From: a virus
Taxonomy: Duplodnaviria > Heunggongvirae > Uroviricota > Caudoviricetes
Strand: one strand, 5' to 3'
Virus record (IMG/VR): IMGVR_UViG_2511231131_000001
DNA length: 64,000 nt
The position numbers and the translations under genes were made by a program. This document shows positions 21,436-31,763 of this stretch, piece after piece; the first letter of the stretch is position 1; each line of letters opens with the position of its first letter. Below the pieces are notes generated by a model, which made no database searches, had not been told where the DNA came from, and saw only the letters and a list, made by a program, of their open reading frames with translations.

Positions 21436-21747
21436 TCAATATACGATCTGGTCTACATGATCACCAAAATCATCGTCGTCGTCGTCCTCATCGCCACCAT
21501 CTACTGCTGGCCAATCAACAAACCAGCCAGCGTAAAGATGCAGCGTTCGGAGAACATCACTTGCGGGAGCATCAAGGGTGTTAACGAATCCCATATAGCT
21601 ATTGGGATTTGCCCCAGCTATGGCTTCAGCGATCATGTCCTCGGTAATGTCACCGGAGATAATGCTTAAACGCCCGGAAACTTCTTCATTATCATCAAAT
21701 TCGATAATGGCATCTCCACCTAATGGCGCTGCGATTTTAATCTGCAT
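21436..21747 (-). CDS. Acidic small protein, last gene of the darA operon (hxr position in P1)
   Basis: 103-aa ORF ending in an acidic stretch (DGGDEDDDDDDFGDH); start overlaps the ddrB stop. Confidence 0.45.
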   Translation of the reverse strand: MQIKIAAPLGGDAIIEFDDNEEVSGRLSIISGDITEDMIAEAIAGANPNSYMGFVNTLDAPASDVLRTLHLYAGWFVDWPAVDGGDEDDDDDDFGDHVDQIVY

Positions 21748-24724
21748 TATTTAGCTCCTTTGCCACACCTAATAACAGTTCCAGCAATCCGTCACCATTC
21801 ATCAGTGATGCGGCAGCGGCCTCTTTGTCATGATACAACTGAAGAGCCATAGAGAATACTTCCGTTGCTGACGTTTTGGAAATAGTCGGTGATTTCTGCC
21901 GAATTTTCCCGGTGTTACTTACTGAGGCTGGCGGGTATACCTTCGCCATATAAATATTACTCAATCGAGATCTGAAGCACCATTCAGGCTTGCCACGCCC
22001 ACCGATATTGACGAAAGATGGCTTATCCCCTTCAACATTGGCCTTCAGGAATGACCGGGCTTTCTCTAACAAACCAGGGTTACTGTACTCAAGATGATGA
22101 CCCAGCTCGTGCCACAGTGCACTTGCATTTTCATCGTTCAAATTGACAGCAACAACACCATTTAGATTTGCATATGCCCTTCCCTGGTGGTGAACTACCT
22201 TTGATAAGGTCGATATTTTCCCGCCGGTCAGGCGATAAATATCAGCAAGTTCCTTGCGCAGGTCTATCCCACCATTCTGTCCAGCGCGGGCTTCTTCCAC
22301 TTCTTCTGTGATAAAAGAGTCAGCCCACTCAAGAGCTTTTTCTTCAGATACGGATGAGTTTGCGATCGCACTGTTCATGGCAGATAACACTTTCTCGTGG
22401 ACCGAACCCATACTTCGCTGATTCATTTGCCAGCGTGTCTGCGGGTTATATGAGAATCGCTTAAGTAGTTGGTCAAGCTGCTCAAGTTCTTCTTCACTGA
22501 CATACTTTTTAGCCTCACCAATAATGCCAGGGAGAATATTGCCGTTAGGATTAAACGCTCGCGAAAGGAAGAGTTTCAGCGCCCCCATGCCCTCCGATGC
22601 TTCAATATCACCAATAACCCGGTTAACAATGGCCGCACTCTTCGGATTAGCATCCGCCAAAGCTCTGGCTACGATTTGCAGGGACGATACGACCTCACGC
22701 TGCATATCAGTCCTGATCTCATCAATAAACTCTGGCGTTATGCCGTGCTCTTTAAGGATATCCCGGCCTTCCGCCGTTACCCCATCGATATCACCGACAT
22801 GTTTATTAACACGACTTTGCAATGCCTTAAATGCCTTCAGAATTCCACGGGCATCATCCGCTTTACTAACGGCCTTCCTGAATGCTGGCAAGAAGTCTGA
22901 GTTAACCTCATTTTGTTGATCGGCCCACTGAATGGAGGCTTCTTTCATCTCGTCCAGAGTCAGATCACCCAACGCGGTATGGTCTGTGAATATGAGCGAC
23001 AACCTCTGAACCATTTCTGCCAATGGTGATGCCGAATGCGCCGCGCTAAGGAATGCTTTCACCCTGGTTGGGCGAATGGAAAACCAGTCAATAGCTGGTG
23101 GCATATCTCCGTTTTTTATCGCCTGCGCTATCTCGTCAAAGCCATCTCGCCCAAGGGAAGATGCGTGATTTAACAAGCCGCGAAGTAACGAATTGCTGAT
23201 ACCGAATAATCGGCACCATTTTTTCACGTCGGCAACAGGCATTCGAACAAAATGCGCAAGCACTTGAACAAGCTGTTCATCCTGGGGATCTGCACGGGAA
23301 AGCAGCCTGATCAGATGAATAATATCTTTGATGCCGGATGCCCGATGTAATAGCAAGCTGGTATATGGAGCAACACCGTTGTAACTACCGCCGGAAACGG
23401 ACTCGAAAAGACCGCCGGATATCCCTTGCATGCCTTCGTTTTCCAGTTCCTGAGACACCTGGCGAAGGATATCCTGTAACGACACATCGCCGCCGCCAAA
23501 CATATCCCCCAGCGCCTGGCCCTGGTGCTGTAACTCATCATTGATACGTTGAGCCATCAACTTAAAGGCGGTGGCCATACGCTTCGCGCTACGGTTATTC
23601 GCGACGATGAACAACGCGAGTGCTTTCACTTCCGGGGCCGTTTCGCTGAACATATCCCCCTGAGCAATAACATCGGTAATATGCTGGCCTGACTCCTTCG
23701 ATTGCCTTACCAGGTCTACCGCATCTTTCAATGCCTCCAGCGCCTTTTTATCGAGGCTATCCGCTGTCTCAATGCCATCAACAATAGTTGTCACAGCCTG
23801 CTTGTGCGCTTCTCCTGATAAAGCCTGCATCTGGACAAAATCATTGGCTGCCGCATTAAGCGCCGTCAGAACATTACGCATGTCCGGATCAGGTTCTTCT
23901 GCAACCATCCTTACCAGGCGCGCATCCTTATATGCCTTGGCAAAGATCGCGTTTTGTATACGGTCTACAAGTTGCCGTGTTGGTCGCCCATCTTCAGTTA
24001 CAAGGCCAGCCGCCTGTGTGGCACCAACTTGCGTCATAAATCCGCGAATAAACGCGTCATTACTGCGGCTAAGCAGATCTCCGCTTTCTGACGGGTTAAA
24101 CAACGCCATCATCGCCGGTGTTATGCTGTCGGCATCAACAAAAGCCTTTTCACTGGCTGCCATTTCCTGAAGATCAGAAATATTTGAGTCCTTGGCAAAC
24201 TGAACGCGATCAACCTTAGTTAACCGGCGGCGCACCAGTACCGGAGCCGTCATTGATTCAACCTTTTCAGGCCGTATGCCGAATTCGGTCGCATGTTCAA
24301 TCAGGTACTCCCGATACCGATCCGCATTACCGTCCTGATAGGCTTTAATGATCCCCATGGTCCGCCCATTACCTGACTCAACGGCATTGTCCTCACCAAT
24401 TATTGGCGCGCCATGGCTGGATAAACCGGAATCGGTAAGCTGGGCAGGACGCAAATCCTTGGATATCTGGTTGACCTGAAGAAGGCTGGATGCGCGGGTC
24501 CGGTCGCGCGGCTGAAGTTCCTGGGGATAGTCTGGATTAATTTTCCCATCCAGAGTATTGGATACCAAAAGAACTGAGGCATCGACGATATCAAACGCTG
24601 TTTTTACCTCATCTCCCTTCGCTGTCACCACATACGAAACCCGCCCATAATCGGGCAGGTTCTTTAGCAGCTCGATCAGCGTTTCTATGCTGGTGGCCAT
24701 TACCACCTGATCGCTTAAGCTCAT
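21737..24724 (-). CDS. ddrB: DdrB-like large internal head protein of the Dar antirestriction system
   Basis: 995-aa ORF downstream of ddrA and darA in the same operon; by synteny and size. Confidence 0.55.
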   Translation of the reverse strand: MSLSDQVVMATSIETLIELLKNLPDYGRVSYVVTAKGDEVKTAFDIVDASVLLVSNTLDGKINPDYPQELQPRDRTRASSLLQVNQISKDLRPAQLTDSGLSSHGAPIIGEDNAVESGNGRTMGIIKAYQDGNADRYREYLIEHATEFGIRPEKVESMTAPVLVRRRLTKVDRVQFAKDSNISDLQEMAASEKAFVDADSITPAMMALFNPSESGDLLSRSNDAFIRGFMTQVGATQAAGLVTEDGRPTRQLVDRIQNAIFAKAYKDARLVRMVAEEPDPDMRNVLTALNAAANDFVQMQALSGEAHKQAVTTIVDGIETADSLDKKALEALKDAVDLVRQSKESGQHITDVIAQGDMFSETAPEVKALALFIVANNRSAKRMATAFKLMAQRINDELQHQGQALGDMFGGGDVSLQDILRQVSQELENEGMQGISGGLFESVSGGSYNGVAPYTSLLLHRASGIKDIIHLIRLLSRADPQDEQLVQVLAHFVRMPVADVKKWCRLFGISNSLLRGLLNHASSLGRDGFDEIAQAIKNGDMPPAIDWFSIRPTRVKAFLSAAHSASPLAEMVQRLSLIFTDHTALGDLTLDEMKEASIQWADQQNEVNSDFLPAFRKAVSKADDARGILKAFKALQSRVNKHVGDIDGVTAEGRDILKEHGITPEFIDEIRTDMQREVVSSLQIVARALADANPKSAAIVNRVIGDIEASEGMGALKLFLSRAFNPNGNILPGIIGEAKKYVSEEELEQLDQLLKRFSYNPQTRWQMNQRSMGSVHEKVLSAMNSAIANSSVSEEKALEWADSFITEEVEEARAGQNGGIDLRKELADIYRLTGGKISTLSKVVHHQGRAYANLNGVVAVNLNDENASALWHELGHHLEYSNPGLLEKARSFLKANVEGDKPSFVNIGGRGKPEWCFRSRLSNIYMAKVYPPASVSNTGKIRQKSPTISKTSATEVFSMALQLYHDKEAAAASLMNGDGLLELLLGVAKELNNAD

Positions 24725-24736
24725 CCCTGTTACGCC

Positions 24737-25102
24737 TTATGCTGCCTCTTTAATGTTGGCGGCTATCCATGCCGCCGTGTGCTGTTTAACCTGGTCCAGG
24801 TCGATGTATGTGCCAACATATTGACTCAAATCCTGCAAGGTACCGATAAATGCATCGGTGCTCTGATCGACGAATTTATCAGCCAGGAAATCAGCAACCA
24901 GTTTTGGCACACCATCATGTTCCGAAGGTTGTTTTTCCTCGCCACTACCACCGCCGGACGCGCCGTACCCCATCTGTTGCATGATCTGGTCAATTTCATC
25001 GCTGATATCCAGCAACTCCATGCCACTCGCGGTCGCCGCTTTGGACATCAGAGCATCCAACTTATCGCTGAGATCCATTAACTCAATAGCTGATAGTGTC
25101 AT
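24737..25102 (-). CDS. ddrA: DdrA-like protein
   Basis: 121-aa ORF overlapping the darA stop by 4 nt. Confidence 0.5.
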   Translation of the reverse strand: MTLSAIELMDLSDKLDALMSKAATASGMELLDISDEIDQIMQQMGYGASGGGSGEEKQPSEHDGVPKLVADFLADKFVDQSTDAFIGTLQDLSQYVGTYIDLDQVKQHTAAWIAANIKEAA

Positions 25103-27018
25103 GCCGCTACCCCCGCTTTCTGGATTGCTACCAACAGATCAGCCAGGTGGCGAGCTGCGCCGTTAACCAGCTCTTCGTTTTCCTCAAAACGTCCGGCAGC
25201 CTGAAGGGCTGCAATCGCTTCCCGGACATTGCCCCGGGCGTTACGGATCTCCGCCATGTCAGTGCTTTGTATATCCATCACGTTATTGAGATATTCAATG
25301 GCTTTATTAGCCTCTGCATCTGCTTCGCTAACCGTTTCATCAGGCTGTGCCGGGGCCGGTTCTGGCTGAGTAATCTCACCGACTTCGGCCTGCAATGCAT
25401 TGATCATGCTCTGCACCATTTTCTCGGTGCCAGCGCCCCCAGGAAACGCAATATTGGGGAAAGTTTTTTGAAACTGAGTTTTCAGCATTACGCGGAACTC
25501 GTCTGGTGAGCTGGTGGCCAGCTCCAGAGCTTTTTGTGCATATTTGCCAAACGGACCATTAGTAAGTGTCTTCGCCAGGAAGTCGAAAGAATCCTCGCGA
25601 GGCAATAACTTCAGGTCGTACTCACTCATTTGCTGATCAGAAAGCGGGGTATCGTAAGTAGCAATGCCGTAGCGTGCATATTCATAATACGGGTCACCTT
25701 CATCAGGGCGCGGCAGAATTGCTTTGTTACCTTCAGGTATTGCGCCAGGGGCCGCCGGACGCATTTGCAGGGCATATCGATATGCACCTACAGAGACTTC
25801 TGGTTCAGGCGAAGAGCTACCGGTATCCTCCGCTGGTTCAGGTTCGACGTTTTCCGGTTTATGTTCTTCTGGTTGGACCAGGTATTCCGATACATTACCC
25901 GCTTTATAGGCTTTAAACAGCTTGCCGATCGCATCTGCCATGTCCACACCCTGTATGGATTTAGCCTTGATCATGTATACGCTGCCATCCGGATCGGTTA
26001 ACTGGATATACCCTTCGCCGCCCCCAATGAATTGCTTCATTGATGCACCATTACTGAGCGTCACTTCCCCGTCCATATGCATACGATTTTTGATACTGGC
26101 AAGGCGATCCGTCAGCGCGCGAGAGTGCCCACCAGTCATCCCCGCTGGAGCAATGGTATCGCGCCCACCAGTGCGATTGAGCTGATCAATCTCCGTCTGC
26201 AAACGCTCATTCTCTTCATAAAGAGAATCCGCTTCCGATGCAACAGCGTTAATTTTCTGCTCCAGATCTGCCTTCTGCCCTTCTACCGCTGCCACCTGAT
26301 CCGCGAGGTCGCTCATGGCATCCTCTTTCTGGTCACTGTCAGCCTGTAGTTGGGTTATTTCATCAACAAGGGCTTTTTTCTTCTTCTGCGCACGCTGGAA
26401 TTTTGCCGAGTTTTTCTCTGCAAGGTTGGCAAGTTTCATGGTGACCTGCGCCAGCGTCATATCACGTCCACTCATCGGAGCAACGGTGTGAGTAACGTCT
26501 TTTTTATTCAGTAAGAACTGGAAAGCAACCAGCGTATCGCTATTGGTGATCCGGTTTTCCGCTGTCGGGCTATGAAACAGAATGCTGATAGTCTGACCAT
26601 CACTGAGCGGAATAATGGCTGGCAAGACCGGCAGCCCGTTAACGTTACGTGCCCGGCCAATTTCAGCGCCGCCGATCGCGCGCGCGCCGCTCTGGGCCAC
26701 ATCCCCCGTTTTATCACTCCCCGCAGAGATTCCGGTACCATTCAGCTTCTGGTTCAATGCCCGGACAAATGCCTGCATGGTCCGGTGTAACTGCAAACGA
26801 GTAGAACTAATCGCCTCCAGTAAATCCGTAGCACACCAGTGGATCGGCGTGTCATAGAAGAACGTAGCCTCGATTTCCTCCAGGGTGTTGGATTCCGTCA
26901 TCAGATAGCGGTCCTCACCGGCCATTAATGCGCGATATTCATCATCAGTCACTGGCGGGGGAAGCACGTCAAGCCCAGGCTTGATCGTCACCCCTTTATT
27001 GATATTGAACTGTTCCAT
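25099..27018 (-). CDS. darA: DarA antirestriction / head protein
   Basis: 639-aa ORF, the size recalled for P1 DarA, within the lyd-hdf-darA-ddr operon. Confidence 0.7.
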   Translation of the reverse strand: MEQFNINKGVTIKPGLDVLPPPVTDDEYRALMAGEDRYLMTESNTLEEIEATFFYDTPIHWCATDLLEAISSTRLQLHRTMQAFVRALNQKLNGTGISAGSDKTGDVAQSGARAIGGAEIGRARNVNGLPVLPAIIPLSDGQTISILFHSPTAENRITNSDTLVAFQFLLNKKDVTHTVAPMSGRDMTLAQVTMKLANLAEKNSAKFQRAQKKKKALVDEITQLQADSDQKEDAMSDLADQVAAVEGQKADLEQKINAVASEADSLYEENERLQTEIDQLNRTGGRDTIAPAGMTGGHSRALTDRLASIKNRMHMDGEVTLSNGASMKQFIGGGEGYIQLTDPDGSVYMIKAKSIQGVDMADAIGKLFKAYKAGNVSEYLVQPEEHKPENVEPEPAEDTGSSSPEPEVSVGAYRYALQMRPAAPGAIPEGNKAILPRPDEGDPYYEYARYGIATYDTPLSDQQMSEYDLKLLPREDSFDFLAKTLTNGPFGKYAQKALELATSSPDEFRVMLKTQFQKTFPNIAFPGGAGTEKMVQSMINALQAEVGEITQPEPAPAQPDETVSEADAEANKAIEYLNNVMDIQSTDMAEIRNARGNVREAIAALQAAGRFEENEELVNGAARHLADLLVAIQKAGVAA

Positions 27019-27019
27019 G

Positions 27020-27631
27020 TTAATTTCCTGCTTTCAGTTGCTTAAGACGGCGTTTGAGTTCGCCATTTCGGGCCTTTTCGTTATTGAGTCGGCCTGTCTC
27101 CTTATCCAGCTTCGCCCGCAAATCAGTGATCTGCTGTTGATTGAAAGACACCGAGTTCTGCGCTGATTTATAAGCGGCAACCACCTGAGCATTCCGCTGT
27201 TTTGCCTCTTGCAGGCGCTGAAAGTTGGATTTTACTGCCGGTTTCTTGTCTACCGGATTGGCAACACGTTTCGCTTTGGCGATCAGTGATTTCTGGAATT
27301 TTGCGGAGTTTTTGCGGGCCGCTTGCCCCATGACGGTACCAAGCGTCTTGATATCCGGCGACTGAGCGTTAGGAATAGCTTTTCCATTCAGCCTCACAGA
27401 CGATATATCGCCAGTATCGTTTACCTGTATGGCAAGAATTTGTCCGTCGTTAAGAACCAGCTTTGCGGTTTTAACTTTAACGCCATCTTTCGTTGTTGCG
27501 CGGTTGCTGGAGTCAACCTCAATTACCGTAACACCGGTTTTATTGATCGCCGCGATAAGGGATTTCAGCCCCTTTTCATTAACCTGGTCAAAATCGACCG
27601 TTGCATACTTATTTTTCGTCATCTGACACAT
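27020..27631 (-). CDS. hdf: Hdf-like head morphogenesis protein
   Basis: 203-aa basic protein immediately upstream of darA. Confidence 0.5.
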   Translation of the reverse strand: MCQMTKNKYATVDFDQVNEKGLKSLIAAINKTGVTVIEVDSSNRATTKDGVKVKTAKLVLNDGQILAIQVNDTGDISSVRLNGKAIPNAQSPDIKTLGTVMGQAARKNSAKFQKSLIAKAKRVANPVDKKPAVKSNFQRLQEAKQRNAQVVAAYKSAQNSVSFNQQQITDLRAKLDKETGRLNNEKARNGELKRRLKQLKAGN

Positions 27632-28052
27632 CCTGTGCGAGATTTATTACGTAACTTCTGCGGATTTGCTGAGTAACAGGGAAAATCCGATACAACGGGT
27701 TAATGAACGAGTCGCCATGCGTAACCATGACGTTGAAATGCCACAGTCGCTCTCCTTTACCCATATATTCAGTGGGTATGTACAACCATTCACTGTTTTC
27801 GCCCTGTTCAGCCGACGTCAAACAACGTTGTTCGCCTTCAATCACTGTCGTCGGCTTCTGAACATCGCGGATCCAATATCTGACCGTTGCGCCGCGCAAA
27901 AACGGGAATTTAGACCGGTATTTGAACGGCACCCGGATGAAACCCGGTTTAATTTCCACATCACCAAGTTCTAAATGCGTGATGTCCTTGCGTTTTAGCA
28001 AATAGCGATCGGCTAAGGCTAACGCAAGAACGCATACACCCCAGCCAATCAT
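27609..28052 (-). CDS. lydB: LydB-like antiholin
   Basis: 147 aa with N-terminal hydrophobic segment; follows the holin gene. Confidence 0.45.
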   Translation of the reverse strand: MIGWGVCVLALALADRYLLKRKDITHLELGDVEIKPGFIRVPFKYRSKFPFLRGATVRYWIRDVQKPTTVIEGEQRCLTSAEQGENSEWLYIPTEYMGKGERLWHFNVMVTHGDSFINPLYRIFPVTQQIRRSYVINLAQDVSDDEK

Positions 28053-28378
28053 TTCCCGCCTCCCTTTTTCACCAAACTTGTAAGAACATTCAGAATGCTA
28101 TCGATATTCACTCGTTTCATCCCTGAAATCACCTCATGACCGTTATTGCTGGCTATCGTTACCATTAAGTACGTAATTGATAACTCCCAGCCCTCGTGTT
28201 GCCCCAATAGGTACGCCACCGCGCCAGCTGTCACTGCAACAAAGATCTCCGTAACCAATCCCAACAAATTGCCAGACTGGCGACCGTCTCGGACATCCAT
28301 CAGGAACGTGCCTATCCCACCAATTACTGAAAGCAGGAGCGCAATAGCAACTGGAGCTAATTCCTGTGTGTCAAGCAC
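28049..28378 (-). CDS. lydA: LydA-like holin
   Basis: 109 aa with multiple hydrophobic transmembrane segments and a charged C-terminus (LVKKGGGK). Confidence 0.55.
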   Translation of the reverse strand: MLDTQELAPVAIALLLSVIGGIGTFLMDVRDGRQSGNLLGLVTEIFVAVTAGAVAYLLGQHEGWELSITYLMVTIASNNGHEVISGMKRVNIDSILNVLTSLVKKGGGK

Positions 28379-28452
28379 AAGTTCCCTCCTACGTTGTCAG
28401 GAGGTAATGGTATGCAAAGTAACTTCTCAACCGGTTATGTTGCATAAGAGAC

Positions 28453-28716
28453 TTACCTATTCAACCGACTTTTGGAACCTTCAATAATAAGCCTGCTATT
28501 GGCGCTGAAAATAAGAACCATGCAGCTCTGAAGGCTTTCATTCATGTCCTTATATTCCGCGAGATACATGCCAATAAAGCCAGCAAGTACGGCGGAAATA
28601 CATTCGGCCAGCAATTTCTTGCATGAAGACTCGTAACGGTTTTCACATAGCCCACTCAAATACGAATACACCCCACCAAGAAGGGATAACATCACGATAT
28701 GTACATAAAATGTCAT
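28453..28716 (-). CDS. lydC: LydC-like small membrane protein (holin-like)
   Basis: 87 aa with two hydrophobic segments, upstream of lydA. Confidence 0.4.
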   Translation of the reverse strand: MTFYVHIVMLSLLGGVYSYLSGLCENRYESSCKKLLAECISAVLAGFIGMYLAEYKDMNESLQSCMVLIFSANSRLIIEGSKSRLNR

Positions 28717-28843
28717 TTTTTACCTATACAACAGTAAGTTGAACAACATTTGAGAACGGTATGCACTTTGTGATTTCCACACACACTGGTTTTGTTAATT
28801 AAAACCTGTAGCTTGCAATAAATAACGATAGTGGGCAGAAAAT

Positions 28844-29110
28844 ATGCTAATAGGCTATGTACGCATATAGACAAATGAACAAAACACAGCTATGCAGTGA
28901 AAAGCACTTGAAAGCGCAGGATGTGAGCTAATTTTTGCGAATAAGGCGAGCAGCAAAAAAGCTGGGCACCCTGGGTTAAAAAAGGTTCTGCGTATGCTTT
29001 CCAGAGGTGATACCCTAGTCTCGGACTAGGGACAACATTTCGAGAACAGTTTTCATTAGCGGCCAGCAGGCGCTAGATACATCGAATTGATGTGCCGCGC
29101 GATAAATGTA
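28844..29110 (+). pseudogene. Degraded Hin/Gin/Cin-family DNA invertase gene remnant, convergent with intact cin
   Basis: ATG 28844 gives MLIGYVRI-stop-TNEQNTAMQ-stop-KALESAGCELIF...GHPGLKKVLRMLSRGDTLV, recognisably invertase N-terminus with multiple stops and a deletion. Confidence 0.65.
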
Positions 29111-29151
29111 CCTATTCTATCAAGATAAATTACACCGACGCGGCATTAGAA

Positions 29152-29724
29152 TTACAGCTCAGATTGAGTTTGGCGCTTCTCTACAGGATGATAACGATAA
29201 ATCGTCGATACACCGATATCGTAAATAATTGCCAACTGTTTCCTGCTGTAGCCATTTTCGATCAACCTCGCTATTTGCTCATGTTGTTCTTTTGTCAACT
29301 TCGGGCGACGTCCGCCAATGCGTCCCTGTTCGCGTGCAGCTGCCAGTCCGGCCAGTGTTCTCTCAACAATTAATTCACGTTCCATTTCTGCTAAAGCACC
29401 CATGACATGAAAAAAGAAACGCCCCATGGGTGTTGATGTGTCAATACTGTCTGTCAGACTACGGAAATTAACACCTTTTTCCCGCAACTCCTCTATAAGC
29501 GTGATAAGGTGTTTCATACTTCTGCCAAGCCTATCCAGCTTCCAGACAACCAGCGTATCTCCTTCTGATAACGTTCTGAGCAGCTTTTTCAAGCCTGGTC
29601 TGGCTGACTTTGTTCCGCTTATTTTATCTTCAAAAATCAGTTCACATCCTGCGCAGTTCAGTGCATTTCTTTGTAAATCTGTGTTTTGGTCATTTGTTGA
29701 CACACGAATGTAGCCAATTTGCAT
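29152..29724 (-). CDS. cin: Cin/Min-family serine DNA invertase
   Basis: 190 aa from MQIGYIRVSTNDQNTDLQRNAL...VVWKLDRLGRSMKHL...; closely resembles Hin/Gin/Cin; RBS AAAGAGG. Confidence 0.88.
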   Translation of the reverse strand: MQIGYIRVSTNDQNTDLQRNALNCAGCELIFEDKISGTKSARPGLKKLLRTLSEGDTLVVWKLDRLGRSMKHLITLIEELREKGVNFRSLTDSIDTSTPMGRFFFHVMGALAEMERELIVERTLAGLAAAREQGRIGGRRPKLTKEQHEQIARLIENGYSRKQLAIIYDIGVSTIYRYHPVEKRQTQSEL

Positions 29725-29795
29725 GAAAAACAACCTCTTTGTTTAGTTAAAAATACATCGTTGGTATAGGTAGGGATTAAGACTAAAACGTTGGT

Positions 29796-30263
29796 TTGGG
29801 GGAAGGCTCAGCATTGCCCGTTGGCGTGCCCGTTCCGTGGCCCTTAGAAACACCACCAACGGGCTGGCTGAAATGCAATGGTGCAGCATTTTCTTCTGAA
29901 AAGTATCCAAATCTGGCAAAGGTTTACCCCACCAATAAATTGCCGGATTTACGCGGTGAGTTTATTCGCGGCTGGGATGATGGGCGGGGGATTGACTCTG
30001 GCCGTAATTTATTATCTGCACAGAATGATGCAATTCAGAATATTGTTGGTTCTTTCGGGCGTACTCAGCTTTTTAGAGATGTACTTAGTTCAGGGCCATT
30101 TAGTCAACATGGTCAAGTATTATCTACAGGCCTAAAGGAAACGGAAATTATTGAGGGTTATGGCGCTTATAACTGGACATTCGACGCCTCTCGCTCAGTT
30201 CGTACAGCATCTGAAACCCGCCCACGCAACATTGCGTTTAATTACATCGTAAGGGCAGCATGA
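29796..30263 (+). CDS. Silent alternative tail-fibre C-terminal cassette 1
   Basis: Begins with conserved GEGSALPVGVPVPWP...GWLKCNGAAFS...LPDLRGEFIRGWDDGRG and ends RPRNIAFNYIVRAA, as does the C-terminus of expressed S; variable middle. Confidence 0.7.
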   Translation: MGEGSALPVGVPVPWPLETPPTGWLKCNGAAFSSEKYPNLAKVYPTNKLPDLRGEFIRGWDDGRGIDSGRNLLSAQNDAIQNIVGSFGRTQLFRDVLSSGPFSQHGQVLSTGLKETEIIEGYGAYNWTFDASRSVRTASETRPRNIAFNYIVRAA

Positions 30264-30273
30264 AAACGTTGGT

Positions 30274-30780
30274 TTGGGGGAAGGCTCAGCATTGCCTGTT
30301 GGCGTACCTGTTCCGTGGCCCTCAGCCACTCCGCCAACAGGCTGGCTAAAATGCAACGGAGCAGCTTTTTCTGCTGAAGAATACCCAGAACTGGCAAAGG
30401 CTTATCCCACCGATAAATTACCGGATTTACGCGGTGAGTTTATTCGCGGCTGGGATGACGGACGTGGTGTGGATGCGGGGAGAACAATATTATCCGCTCA
30501 AGGTGATGCCATACGTAATATCTATGGTGAGTTCAAGACTGTAAATACTGAAAATTATTCAATATGGGAATCAGTAGGCTCGTTTAAGGGGGCAGTGGTG
30601 CCTTTAAATCCCTCAACAAACAATAGTTATTTTTCCTTAGTCAGAAGTATGGTGACAGAAAGGACAGACGGCGCTGTTTACCCAAAAGTGATTGGCCTTG
30701 ATGCTTCAAAAATTGTTCCAACTGCAAACGAAAACCGCCCACGCAACATTGCGTTTAATTACATCGTAAGGGCAGCATGA
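30274..30780 (+). CDS. Silent alternative tail-fibre C-terminal cassette 2
   Basis: Same conserved ends, distinct variable core. Confidence 0.7.
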   Translation: MGEGSALPVGVPVPWPSATPPTGWLKCNGAAFSAEEYPELAKAYPTDKLPDLRGEFIRGWDDGRGVDAGRTILSAQGDAIRNIYGEFKTVNTENYSIWESVGSFKGAVVPLNPSTNNSYFSLVRSMVTERTDGAVYPKVIGLDASKIVPTANENRPRNIAFNYIVRAA

Positions 30781-30820
30781 AAACGTTGGTTTAGGGGAAG
30801 GATCGGCGCTGCCCGTTGGT

Positions 30821-31294
30821 GTGCCTGTTCCGTGGCCCTCAGCCACACCACCAACGGGGTGGCTGAAATGTAACGGAGCAGCATTTTCTTCTGAAAAGTA
30901 CCCAAATCTGGCAAAGGTTTACCCAACGTTAAAATTACCTGATTTACGCGGTGAGTTTATCCGTGGTTGGGATGATTCGAGAGGGATTGATACAGGGCGT
31001 TCATTGCTAAGTGGTCAGACTGCAACATTTATTCGTACAGCTTTGCAGGATTATTACGGTTACGATCTGAATACTAATGTCAAAGTAGGTATCGCTTATG
31101 CTACTGCTGATTCTGTTATAACTGTTGGAAACCCTGCTAATCCTAAAGCAGGAAATAATAGCGATTATGTTCCAGCATCATCAGATAACTCCATAACAGG
31201 CACTCAAAGGACGGCAGAGGATAATTTTACCGGGGCATGGATATCAATGCGCCCCCGCAACGTTGCTTTTAATTACATTGTAAGGGCCACATAA
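30821..31294 (+). CDS. Silent alternative tail-fibre C-terminal cassette 3
   Basis: Same conserved ends, distinct variable core. Confidence 0.7.
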   Translation: MPVPWPSATPPTGWLKCNGAAFSSEKYPNLAKVYPTLKLPDLRGEFIRGWDDSRGIDTGRSLLSGQTATFIRTALQDYYGYDLNTNVKVGIAYATADSVITVGNPANPKAGNNSDYVPASSDNSITGTQRTAEDNFTGAWISMRPRNVAFNYIVRAT

Positions 31295-31304
31295 AAACGT
31301 TGGT

Positions 31305-31763
31305 TTGGGGGAAGGCTCGGCACTGCCCGTTGGCGTGCCTGTTCCGTGGCCCTCAGCCACACCACCAACGGGGTGGCTGAAATGTAACGGAGCAGCATTT
31401 TCTTCTGAAAAGTACCCAAATCTGGCAAAGGTTTACCCAACGTTAAAATTACCTGATTTACGCGGTGAGTTTATCCGTGGTTGGGATGATGGGCGAGGTG
31501 TGGATGCGGGAAGGGGCATCTTAAGCATACAGGGGTGGTTAACAGGAAGTCATTATCATAATATTCGGTCATGGGACGCGTGGGATAACACGGTATTGGT
31601 GCCAAATGACAGAGGGGGGGATAGTCTGTTGTCGACAGATAACGCCGTCCAAGAAGGAGCGATTAATGGTAAATTTACCAGTCAATACAGAACGGAGTTA
31701 TCTGGGGGGAATGAAACCCGCCCACGTAACATTGCCTTCAATTATATTGTGAGAGCAGCATAA
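31305..31763 (+). CDS. Silent alternative tail-fibre C-terminal cassette 4 (followed by tail-fibre assembly gene)
   Basis: Same conserved ends; stop overlaps the start of the U-like gene. Confidence 0.7.
   Translation: MGEGSALPVGVPVPWPSATPPTGWLKCNGAAFSSEKYPNLAKVYPTLKLPDLRGEFIRGWDDGRGVDAGRGILSIQGWLTGSHYHNIRSWDAWDNTVLVPNDRGGDSLLSTDNAVQEGAINGKFTSQYRTELSGGNETRPRNIAFNYIVRAA

Noticed and set aside
22469-24170. Plus-strand ORFs of 131-143 aa inside ddrB
   Set aside because: Antisense to a 995-aa ORF that is part of an operon with overlapping stop/start codons; likely not coding.
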